From an uncultured Clostridiaceae bacterium (lineage in GTDB: Bacteria > Bacillota > Clostridia > DUPQ01), in NCBI GenBank assembly GCA_964636935.1, contig CAZWVS010000001.1:1-46366 (forward strand): 46,366 bases of DNA, read 5' to 3'. Of the stretch, positions 8,047 to 16,338 are shown in pieces. A program made the position numbers and the translations under genes. Position 1 is the stretch's first letter. Every line of letters starts with the position of its first letter. The notes beneath the pieces were generated by a model, which saw nothing but the letters and a program-made list of their open reading frames with translations, was not told the origin of the DNA and made no database searches.

Positions 8047-11000
8047 ATGAAACGTTTCAAGAAACAGTTGTGTATATTATTGATACCTGTACTTTTATCT
8101 ACCTATATGCTTGCCGGTTGCAAGAAAAAGGAGAAGACCGAGGAATCCCCCTCGCCCGGAGTTGAAGAGCCGGTTGAATCCGGCCGGCCCGACAATCAAC
8201 ATGGGGATACGGACCAAAAACCTCCTGAAGAGGGCGGGGATCAGGAACCGTGGATACCTGTGGAACAAATGGTTGAGCAACCTTCTGATTTGAGTGAATT
8301 CCTTGATTCGAAAACCCCGGGAGCCCGGGGTCTGCTGGACTCCCCGGACATAGCGGATGAAATATTGGAGGCTGAAAGCCTGGAAGACATTTTGGATGAA
8401 CCGGACGATGCCGGAAGACTTCAGGAGATTGTTGAAGAGATAAACGAGGCCCTTGAAGACATGGAGGGCGAAGAGGACAGGGAGGATGCAGAGCGTCTCG
8501 GCCAGATCAAAGACAAGATTGAAGACCTGTTTGCCAATGCAAAACCGACACCGCAGCAGCTTGAGGCGTCGACGGAACTCAAAGGGACCTGGAGCGAGCC
8601 GAATAAGGTTCTATTAAGATGGATACCCCAGATAGAATGGTTTCCGGAAAACGGATATTACCTTTACAGGATAATCGACGGGGAGGTGTCCGTTATTGCA
8701 AACGACCTTGGAACAAAAGATAGGATAGATCAAATTGCGGGTCTTAATCTGCAATTTTCCCCCATTGTGACCGATTTGTACAATCAGTCGGTTCTGGACG
8801 AGACAAAAATGAACATAATCGGGGTCACTTCGCTTCAACAGTTCAACGACATGGTTTTCGGAGAAGTGATTTTGAATTCGGACATGTTGAAAATATCGGG
8901 GCAGAACAATTTTGAGAAAAAACAGTTCAATCTTTTTCAGCAGCCGGAAACGGTTATTGAAAAAGTTCCCGAAAGCGACATTTTCACAAACACATCCATA
9001 CATCTTGCAACACAGATAAACACAGCAATCCTGCCCATCGGATCAATCGGACTGGTACCCGAAACCCAGGTTCCGGATTTGATAACCGAACCTGCCCTGA
9101 CGTTGCCGGAAGAGACGGTCATGAACATACTTGACGCAAGGAATTCCATGCTCACCCTTGCAAACACCGACTCCGAGTTCGCAGAGGCTGTGGGTTTTGG
9201 ATATGAAGATGATTTCGGGGACACGAAATATGATATCAATGAAGAAATAGAATATGTGCTTCTGCCTTTGGGCGAGGGTGTTGAAGTGCCCTCCACCCAG
9301 AACGTCCTGGATGAGAATTCACGTGAAGGCATGTATTCATTGAAGGTCAGCTACGGAGCGGAGACGCCTGTGGAGACACCGGTTGATTTACAGGGTTACG
9401 GGGCCGACGGGGAGGTCCATTTACGATGGGCCCAGCCGGCGACGGAGTACGGGGCAAGCATAATATCGGGTTATTATGTGGAACGCAGGATGGAGAGTGA
9501 ACAGGAATTCACAAGGTTGAACGATGTGCCCGTCGCGGTTTCATACATGGAGGATGAAAACAACATCCTTTATGAAGTTGCTGATTATTATGTGGACTAT
9601 GATGTGGAAAACGGTGACAAAGCGGTTTACAGGGTGCAGGCCCTGGATATTTTCGGAAGGTTGAGCGATTACAATCCCGACCCGCTTTCAATAGAAGTCA
9701 AAAAGACAGTTCCACCGGGACCTCCGGAGGCGGATCAACCCGTTCTGTCGACCGAAGTGAAGAACAGAACCGAAAGCTTCTTCGATACGGTTAAATCGAA
9801 ATATCCCGGTGAAAATGGAATTATAATCCCAATAACCGTTACAACGGAAGATTCCAAGGACTGCATCATATATAGAAGCGCAGCATGGGGAAACGGAAGC
9901 TTTTCCCAGCCTGAAGAGGTCGGCCGTGTGCAGGTTCCCCCGGAAAGAAGCAACATCGTGCTTGAGAAAAACGGAATTGGGTCGATTCGGGAAATCATAC
10001 CCAGGAAGACGGACAGCGCAGATACGGATGCCGTATTCCTGGACACCAATGTAACCGCGGGATATTTCTATAAATACTGGGTTTCCGCCATTGACGACTG
10101 GGAAAATGAAAGCGCATGGTCGTCTTCCAAGGTGATCGGATATAAAACAGAGAGGAAACCGGATGTGCCGGATACGGCAGAAGCCTTCATGACATTCAAC
10201 ATCCTTCCGGACCTTTCATTGGAACCTGCCGGATTCATGAAAGGAAGACTGATAGACGACAAGGTTTTTTCAGGGTTAAATCTAGGTGGAACGCCTTCAA
10301 TGGAAGGTTTCACACCAAGGGAAAATGTTGACACGACACCTGTAGTAGAAGCAATGGCAAAGAATATAAAAATCGGCGTCTCCCTTTCCGACACGGTAAG
10401 GGCGGGGATTAAACTGGTGCCCCAGCTGCTTGATATCAAATTCAGCAACAAGCCCGAACCGAAGGATGTCCATGACATAATCGCACTTAGGGAAAGCGAT
10501 ATAAGTCCCGACGGAACAGCGGATGTGTCCTGGTATCATTATTCAGGGGACGGGCTGGGTTCCTACAATGTATATAGGACTTATATAGACGGAGGGGATA
10601 TAAATCAGATTATGACAACCCCCATACCCGACATACTGGAGGATTACCAGTGGAGCCTGGTGGAAAGCGACACCGTATACAACAAGATAACGGACACCGT
10701 GGATAAAAAAAGCGGAAGAACCTATCTGTACATGGTTTCACTGGTGCCGGAAGACACCGGGATGGAGGATGAAGACGTATACGACGGATATGTGCCCGCC
10801 GGATGGGTGAGGGTCGGATGGGAAAGACCCGGCGATAAACAGATATCGCATTTCAGGGTGTACAAGGCCGAAGTGCCGTATTTCGACAACGACGACCCGG
10901 AAGAACTCGAATGGACCATGGTGGGTGACAACCTCAAGTACTCTACCTATTCGGAAGATGTGGACCAGACTCATGCTCACTACTATTATTATAAGGTTAC

Positions 11001-14000
11001 ATCCGTAAGTGTCTGGGGGGTTGAGAGCGACGATTATGCGATTGCATCAATCAGGGTCGCCTCCACTGTTCCGCCACAGACCCCGGTAATGCTGATCCCA
11101 TTCCCTCAAAAGGGTGCTGTGGAAGTAAGATGGAGCGGTGTGCCCTATGCATCGAAATATACCGTGTTCAAAGTGAAAATACCCAGGGTTAAGGACGAGG
11201 ACCTTGAGCTGGTGCAGTTGGCGGCGCCTGTCATGTTCAACAAGATATTCACGCCCGAGCTGGGTCTCAAGATATATATGCCTGAAATGCAGATAGCGCC
11301 GTTTTCTTCGGACAGACCGGCTTACAGCACTATTGCGGAAGGTATTTCGCTGCCTTCTTCAACCGTGTCAAAAGCAGTCTCGAGTTTCAGCACCATGCGT
11401 CTGCTGGAGCCGGCTGCCATAATGAACGACATACAAATCACACCTCCCGGCGACAAGGTGGATGTTTTCAATCAGATTGTGGACAAGTACGGCATACTCG
11501 CAGCCGCGCCCTACGGCTTTTTGGATTCGGCAGCCGCCAAACTTGTGCTTTGGGAGAAAGTGCATGAAATGGAAATCCCCCTGGGTCAGCAGTCCACCGG
11601 CGAGTTTTCCTTCGTCGATGAAGATGTTGAATTCGGGGATACGTACATGTATACGGTTATTGCTTCGAACGACGACGGATTGTCTTCCGAAAGACCCGAA
11701 CCGGTCAGCGTGTCTCCTAGAAAAGGGGAGGCGTTCCCTCCGGTGACAGGTATAACGGCATCAATTGACGAAGACACCGGACAGCCGGAAATCAGATGGA
11801 ACCCGGCAAAAGACCCCAATCTTTCCGTTAAGGAGAGTGCGGAATTCGTTGCAGGATATATCGTTTACAAAAGCAAGACAAAAGACGGTGAATATCATCA
11901 GGCCAGCCCGTTCCTGACGACAGAGGCATATATAGATGACGAAGCGGATGCGGCGGCCATAAACTGGTATAGGGTCAAGGTCGTGGATGTGGGGGGATAT
12001 ACATCCGATTTTTCCACAGCGGCTTCGACCGGAAATATCAGGGATTTCCTGCTTCCTTCATCAACCTTCCAAAAAAGCATAATAAAACCGAACATAGTGA
12101 TACCGCTTATACCTGCGGGCGATAATGAAGACGGGGCGGATGCGCCGGCCAATCTTACGGCTGACACCCTTTTCACACCCATATTCACTTTGCCGCCCAT
12201 AATAATCAACTTGAATATTCCCGAGGCGGTGAAGATAGCCGGGTTCGATGTGATAAACATCACAACGACAGATACCGGTTCCCCTAAAAAAGGGGAAGGA
12301 GAGCTTGTACTGGCCAATAAATACACTGTTCCGGTCAACCTCACCGTCACATCATGGAACGATCAAAATGAAGTAACCGACGGGTCGTTGACACTTGACA
12401 CCCCGGTCCAGGTCGGAAACACAGGCGTGCATATAACCGGACTTGATGTTTCAACGGCTTCAAACAAGGGGTTTGCGTCGGGTTATGTGCTAAAAGCAGG
12501 GAATCAGCAGAATGAAAACCTCATGGGCGACCTGTACTCCCTCAGATTCAGCAATACCGAGATAAGTCCCGGTGGGGTGATAAAGATAACGGACATTCCC
12601 GAATTCAGGTATGACAACATAAAAATATCGGGGATGGAAAGCATAACTGTCAATTTGAGCGCATTCGATTCAAGCGCGCCCGCGGTGATCCAGGAAGAAA
12701 GCATTCGCAAAGGCGGAAAGACGGTATATTTCCTATTCGGGACAGGATTCATAAATCTTATGCATGGCACCGCTGAAAACGACCTGGGCATGGAGACAAT
12801 GGACAACAAGGGGTTGGAATACGCTTTCAACATAATCAATTTCGACCGTGACGGCCGGATGAACGGCACCATGACTATTACCGAGACCAGAATGATGAGA
12901 ACGGTGATACCCGCGGGATTGGGAATAAAGACATCGGATTCCAAACTCGTCTATTCAAACGGACAGCCGGACAAGACAAACAGCTATATCAAAGGAAAAG
13001 TGATGTTGCCCTTTGACACATTTGTCGACGATGCACCCACATATGTGGATTTCGAGTCCATTGCAAAGACAAGACTGGGTGACACGCTTGTTAACAAGAC
13101 GGATGTCAGCGGAATATTGGGGATGAATCCGGATGCGGTAAAGAGCGGAAGCATGCAGATAACCCCCGTGCAAAAAAGCATAGTGGACGTTGGAATGTTC
13201 TACATTGCGGAACAGGCGCAGATCAACACATTGCTGGTTCTCCCGCTTGAGCTTATAGAGGCTGAATCGGTTTCCAACATACCCATAAACATAACAAACT
13301 GGGGGGGAAGGGGATTTACGGTATCCAACAAGACCCTTATGCCCACCCTTGTCGGAAACGATGACGAGGAGATCGGGATAATCGGCAGCAACATAACGAT
13401 AGACATGGACAGGGAAAGCAGCACAGCCGACGCATTGACCGACGAAACCAAAGACAATCAATGGACGGGAATGATAGTCAAATCGGGAAGGGTGTCACTG
13501 CCGCCCGCCTTTATTAAAACCGAACAGGACAAGAGGGTTTCATTTAATCTCACACCCGGAGACATGATATATGACAGAAACGGATTCTTCTATCAAAGCC
13601 AGGCATATTCGCCGCAAGGGATCCCCGTCAACTTCGGCGACCAGCTGGGTGGGTTCCGCGACGCTTACGCAAACAGCATATACATAGACCTGTATAACAA
13701 CAAGATGAATCTTGAAATCAAGGGAAACGTAGGCATACCCCTGTTCGGCTTCCAAAGGGTCAATGTGACAATTTACACATCGGAGGAACTGGGTAAAATC
13801 GTATGCAGCGTGGAGGAGACCGAAAAATTCGATCCGGCGGGCACGGGAGAGGTATATCTAAGCGTAACCGGAGGGCACCTGCTTCCCGACGGGCTGCATA
13901 TGGACGGAACACTTGATTTGAACTTTGAAGGGGGCATTGAAACCGAAAACGTAAAATTCACCGAACTGATCATACCCTCCGACATGGAAGGATTGAAAAA

Positions 14001-15519
14001 GGAAAACAATGAGGAAGGGCTGCTGGGTTCGGCTTTATTCGACAAACCCTATAAAATCAAATTCCATGACTTTGAAATGGAGATCAGGGCTTTGGCTCTT
14101 GCCACGAAGGAAGGCGGATACAACGTCGCCTCGCTTTCTACCGGTCTGCAGACGGGAATAACAAGGACATTCAAAAGAACCGGCATAACCATGCCCATAA
14201 CCGGAACAGTCCAATATTACTCGACCGACATGTATCTGTGGGGAGGGATGCAGCTTTCCGACACGCTGTCCATAGATACGAAGGAGGATTTCGACAGGGT
14301 CATAATATCCTCTGTGTTCGGAGACCCGTTTATAAATTACAATGAATCCAAATCAAAAATCAATATGGACTTCGAAGAATTCGCGCACATCGATGCGGTG
14401 GCCACACCCAAGCTTGCGGATCCGGACTCGGGAATTGTAGAATATGAAACGGACACACTTGAAATGCTCTTCAATTCGGCAATGGACAAATTCGGTTCAG
14501 TCGAAATCGAAGCAAATGCAAGGCTGGGCTATGACAAGGTCATGAAAAGATTCTTCTTCGCCCTGGCAATTTACTATCACGACCCCTCAGGAGGCATACA
14601 GTTGGGTTATGGCAAAATAAACGATATAACGGGAGTGATAGGATACAATCTCGACATCGAATATACGGAGGAAGAAGGGTATATCTTCCCTGAAGAAAAG
14701 CAGGGGTTGTTCAACTATATAGACACCATGGATGTAAACCGTGATGCGTTTGGCAACTACTTCATGGCGGCGACGGCATGGATGCAGCTGGGGTATGACA
14801 CGGGGTCCATGGAACTTCAACTCGGCGAAGTCAGAAACATGTATTTCGTTGTAGAAAAAGGCCCGACGGTTGAAATGGGCGGAAAATATTACGGGCCTTC
14901 CAAAATAACCTCCGTGATGACGGGAAGCGACCTTAAACATATGGGAACCGTTAGAATCGGTTATTATCACCGCGACCGCCTGTTCAAATTCAGTCTCACG
15001 CTGAATGACTTTGGAATGTACGGTTTCACTTTGAACGGCGATGTGGGGTTTGAAATGGGCCCCGGTTACTGGATGCTGAATGTGGGGTATCCCAACACAC
15101 TTGAAGCACAGCTTGGAAGCATGGTAAATGCCGGATTCGCCCTTGCGATAAAAAACACTTTCCCGCCTACCGAAAACTACATCAAGGCCAAGATGGACTT
15201 TGAATACGATACCGGCTATGTGACAATCGCCATCGTATACTTCAGAGCCTACTTAAGGGTAGGTGGCGAAGGGGAGATACACTTCCCGGGAGACTATCTG
15301 TACCTTTCCGCGTACCTGCAGGGCGGACTGGAAGGCGGAATCAAGGTTGCAGGAAAGAGATATAACATAATTTCCCTGAATCTCGATGCCAGGGGCGAGA
15401 TGGAAAAACACAATAACGATTGGAGGCTTGAAGCAAGAGTCAAGGTAAGGTATCATCTCAGCCTGTTGTTCACCAGTGTGGGAGGCTCGGTGACATGGCA
15501 TATGAAACTGGCATTTTGA
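8047..15519 (+). CDS. giant (2,490 aa) cell-surface lipoprotein with an acidic linker, about 7 FN3-like modules and a large uncharacterised beta-rich C-terminal region
   Basis: Uninterrupted 7.47-kb ORF with a GGGGG SD 7-8 nt upstream. Signal peptide with lipobox 'L-A-G-C' (Cys25). Asp/Glu/Pro-rich low-complexity segment (aa ~26-175). Recurrent FN3-type patterns: 'LLRW..', 'VHLRWAQP...GYYVERR...AVYRVQALD', 'YFYKYWVSAID', 'FRVYKA...YYYYKVTSVS', 'VEVRWSG', 'PEIRWNP...GYIVYKS...WYRVKVVD'. The antisense ORFs are short and compositionally odd. Confidence 0.85.
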   Translation: MKRFKKQLCILLIPVLLSTYMLAGCKKKEKTEESPSPGVEEPVESGRPDNQHGDTDQKPPEEGGDQEPWIPVEQMVEQPSDLSEFLDSKTPGARGLLDSPDIADEILEAESLEDILDEPDDAGRLQEIVEEINEALEDMEGEEDREDAERLGQIKDKIEDLFANAKPTPQQLEASTELKGTWSEPNKVLLRWIPQIEWFPENGYYLYRIIDGEVSVIANDLGTKDRIDQIAGLNLQFSPIVTDLYNQSVLDETKMNIIGVTSLQQFNDMVFGEVILNSDMLKISGQNNFEKKQFNLFQQPETVIEKVPESDIFTNTSIHLATQINTAILPIGSIGLVPETQVPDLITEPALTLPEETVMNILDARNSMLTLANTDSEFAEAVGFGYEDDFGDTKYDINEEIEYVLLPLGEGVEVPSTQNVLDENSREGMYSLKVSYGAETPVETPVDLQGYGADGEVHLRWAQPATEYGASIISGYYVERRMESEQEFTRLNDVPVAVSYMEDENNILYEVADYYVDYDVENGDKAVYRVQALDIFGRLSDYNPDPLSIEVKKTVPPGPPEADQPVLSTEVKNRTESFFDTVKSKYPGENGIIIPITVTTEDSKDCIIYRSAAWGNGSFSQPEEVGRVQVPPERSNIVLEKNGIGSIREIIPRKTDSADTDAVFLDTNVTAGYFYKYWVSAIDDWENESAWSSSKVIGYKTERKPDVPDTAEAFMTFNILPDLSLEPAGFMKGRLIDDKVFSGLNLGGTPSMEGFTPRENVDTTPVVEAMAKNIKIGVSLSDTVRAGIKLVPQLLDIKFSNKPEPKDVHDIIALRESDISPDGTADVSWYHYSGDGLGSYNVYRTYIDGGDINQIMTTPIPDILEDYQWSLVESDTVYNKITDTVDKKSGRTYLYMVSLVPEDTGMEDEDVYDGYVPAGWVRVGWERPGDKQISHFRVYKAEVPYFDNDDPEELEWTMVGDNLKYSTYSEDVDQTHAHYYYYKVTSVSVWGVESDDYAIASIRVASTVPPQTPVMLIPFPQKGAVEVRWSGVPYASKYTVFKVKIPRVKDEDLELVQLAAPVMFNKIFTPELGLKIYMPEMQIAPFSSDRPAYSTIAEGISLPSSTVSKAVSSFSTMRLLEPAAIMNDIQITPPGDKVDVFNQIVDKYGILAAAPYGFLDSAAAKLVLWEKVHEMEIPLGQQSTGEFSFVDEDVEFGDTYMYTVIASNDDGLSSERPEPVSVSPRKGEAFPPVTGITASIDEDTGQPEIRWNPAKDPNLSVKESAEFVAGYIVYKSKTKDGEYHQASPFLTTEAYIDDEADAAAINWYRVKVVDVGGYTSDFSTAASTGNIRDFLLPSSTFQKSIIKPNIVIPLIPAGDNEDGADAPANLTADTLFTPIFTLPPIIINLNIPEAVKIAGFDVINITTTDTGSPKKGEGELVLANKYTVPVNLTVTSWNDQNEVTDGSLTLDTPVQVGNTGVHITGLDVSTASNKGFASGYVLKAGNQQNENLMGDLYSLRFSNTEISPGGVIKITDIPEFRYDNIKISGMESITVNLSAFDSSAPAVIQEESIRKGGKTVYFLFGTGFINLMHGTAENDLGMETMDNKGLEYAFNIINFDRDGRMNGTMTITETRMMRTVIPAGLGIKTSDSKLVYSNGQPDKTNSYIKGKVMLPFDTFVDDAPTYVDFESIAKTRLGDTLVNKTDVSGILGMNPDAVKSGSMQITPVQKSIVDVGMFYIAEQAQINTLLVLPLELIEAESVSNIPINITNWGGRGFTVSNKTLMPTLVGNDDEEIGIIGSNITIDMDRESSTADALTDETKDNQWTGMIVKSGRVSLPPAFIKTEQDKRVSFNLTPGDMIYDRNGFFYQSQAYSPQGIPVNFGDQLGGFRDAYANSIYIDLYNNKMNLEIKGNVGIPLFGFQRVNVTIYTSEELGKIVCSVEETEKFDPAGTGEVYLSVTGGHLLPDGLHMDGTLDLNFEGGIETENVKFTELIIPSDMEGLKKENNEEGLLGSALFDKPYKIKFHDFEMEIRALALATKEGGYNVASLSTGLQTGITRTFKRTGITMPITGTVQYYSTDMYLWGGMQLSDTLSIDTKEDFDRVIISSVFGDPFINYNESKSKINMDFEEFAHIDAVATPKLADPDSGIVEYETDTLEMLFNSAMDKFGSVEIEANARLGYDKVMKRFFFALAIYYHDPSGGIQLGYGKINDITGVIGYNLDIEYTEEEGYIFPEEKQGLFNYIDTMDVNRDAFGNYFMAATAWMQLGYDTGSMELQLGEVRNMYFVVEKGPTVEMGGKYYGPSKITSVMTGSDLKHMGTVRIGYYHRDRLFKFSLTLNDFGMYGFTLNGDVGFEMGPGYWMLNVGYPNTLEAQLGSMVNAGFALAIKNTFPPTENYIKAKMDFEYDTGYVTIAIVYFRAYLRVGGEGEIHFPGDYLYLSAYLQGGLEGGIKVAGKRYNIISLNLDARGEMEKHNNDWRLEARVKVRYHLSLLFTSVGGSVTWHMKLAF

Positions 15520-15549
15520 GTTGCCTGCACAAAAGGCGGAGGACGGGGA

Positions 15550-16038
15550 ATGATAACTGAAGACTACATACTTAAGCTGATACGCCTTGGCGCGGAATTC
15601 ATAGCAAAGGCGCTTGGCCTTTCCAGGGAAGGGAATTTCCTTGAAAGTGAGAAAACACTTGAAAACGGGTTGCAGGACCTTACGGGCATAAGCTTGGACA
15701 CGTTGATGCATATGGATGCCGCAACCCTTAGGACGATGACCGGAGGTGATGACGCATCGGTCTTCATACTGGCCCGTTTTCTGACCGCCCTGGCCGAGAT
15801 AGAAAGGCAAAAAGGCAAGGAGGATTCATATTACAACCATCTTGAAAAAAGCCTCCGGTTGTATTTGGATATCAATGTCACCGAGGATATCGAGACAGAC
15901 AAGCCCATAATGGAGATTTATGAACAAGTAAGGCATATACGTTTGGAGGACGGCACGTATGAAAAGCTCCTGGCTTTTGCCAAGGAGGGCGGTTACGGGG
16001 ATATGCAGGCGGAGATAGAAGAGACAGCTGCTTTGTAG
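15550..16038 (+). CDS. small all-helical cytoplasmic protein (hypothetical), probably co-transcribed with the giant gene
   Basis: 162 aa. SD GGAGGACGGGG precedes the ATG, 30 nt after the giant gene stop, with no intervening terminator. No signal peptide or TM segment; helix-repeat-like composition. Confidence 0.55.
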   Translation: MITEDYILKLIRLGAEFIAKALGLSREGNFLESEKTLENGLQDLTGISLDTLMHMDAATLRTMTGGDDASVFILARFLTALAEIERQKGKEDSYYNHLEKSLRLYLDINVTEDIETDKPIMEIYEQVRHIRLEDGTYEKLLAFAKEGGYGDMQAEIEETAAL

Positions 16039-16065
16039 GCAGTGAAATGTTTCAAATCCGCGAAG

Positions 16066-16094
16066 TTGACATACGGAAGGGTATCGGTTAGAAT
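16066..16094 (+). promoter_or_regulatory. sigma-A promoter of the alaS T-box leader
   Basis: TTGACA (16066-16071), 17-bp spacer, TAGAAT (16089-16094). Confidence 0.7.
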
Positions 16095-16099
16095 TGGTA

Positions 16100-16316
16100 A
16101 TGCAATGAAGGAGAATATTAACCGGAAGGTTTTGTTGCAGAAAGAAAGCGGTTGATGCGAGCTTTTACAAAAAACCGGTGAACGCTGACTCCCGAGCATC
16201 CTTTCCCAATAAGAAAGGACGAAAACGCCGCGTTAAGGCGCCGAGTGCTTCCGAAAGGAAGAATCAGGGTGGTACCGCGAGTTGCTCTCGTCCCTCAGGG
16301 GATGGGAGTTTTTTGT
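16100..16316 (+). promoter_or_regulatory. T-box riboswitch leader (Ala specifier) with terminator/antiterminator
   Basis: Canonical T-box sequence AAUCAGGGUGGUACCGCGAG at 16262-16281. A downstream hairpin (CUCGUCCC / GGGAUGGGAG) is followed by UUUUUU (16284-16316). The candidate specifier GCU (16184-16186) sits in '...GGUGAAC-GCU-GA...' and matches the downstream alaS. Confidence 0.85.
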
Positions 16317-16338
16317 ATTGAAAAAACAGAGGTGTGTG

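Noticed and set aside
7788-8050. ORFs 7788-7979 and 7835-8050 (63 and 71 aa) in the intergenic region before the giant gene
   Set aside because: They have no SD and odd Leu/Phe/Ile-rich composition from AT-rich DNA. They overlap each other and the predicted promoter and repeat cluster.
16282-16338. N-terminal extension of alaS (track start 16282, 'MLSSLRGWEFFVLKKQRCV')
   Set aside because: These codons are the T-box terminator hairpin and U-tract. The conserved AlaRS N-terminus begins at MKKLSLNELR, with an SD before 16339.
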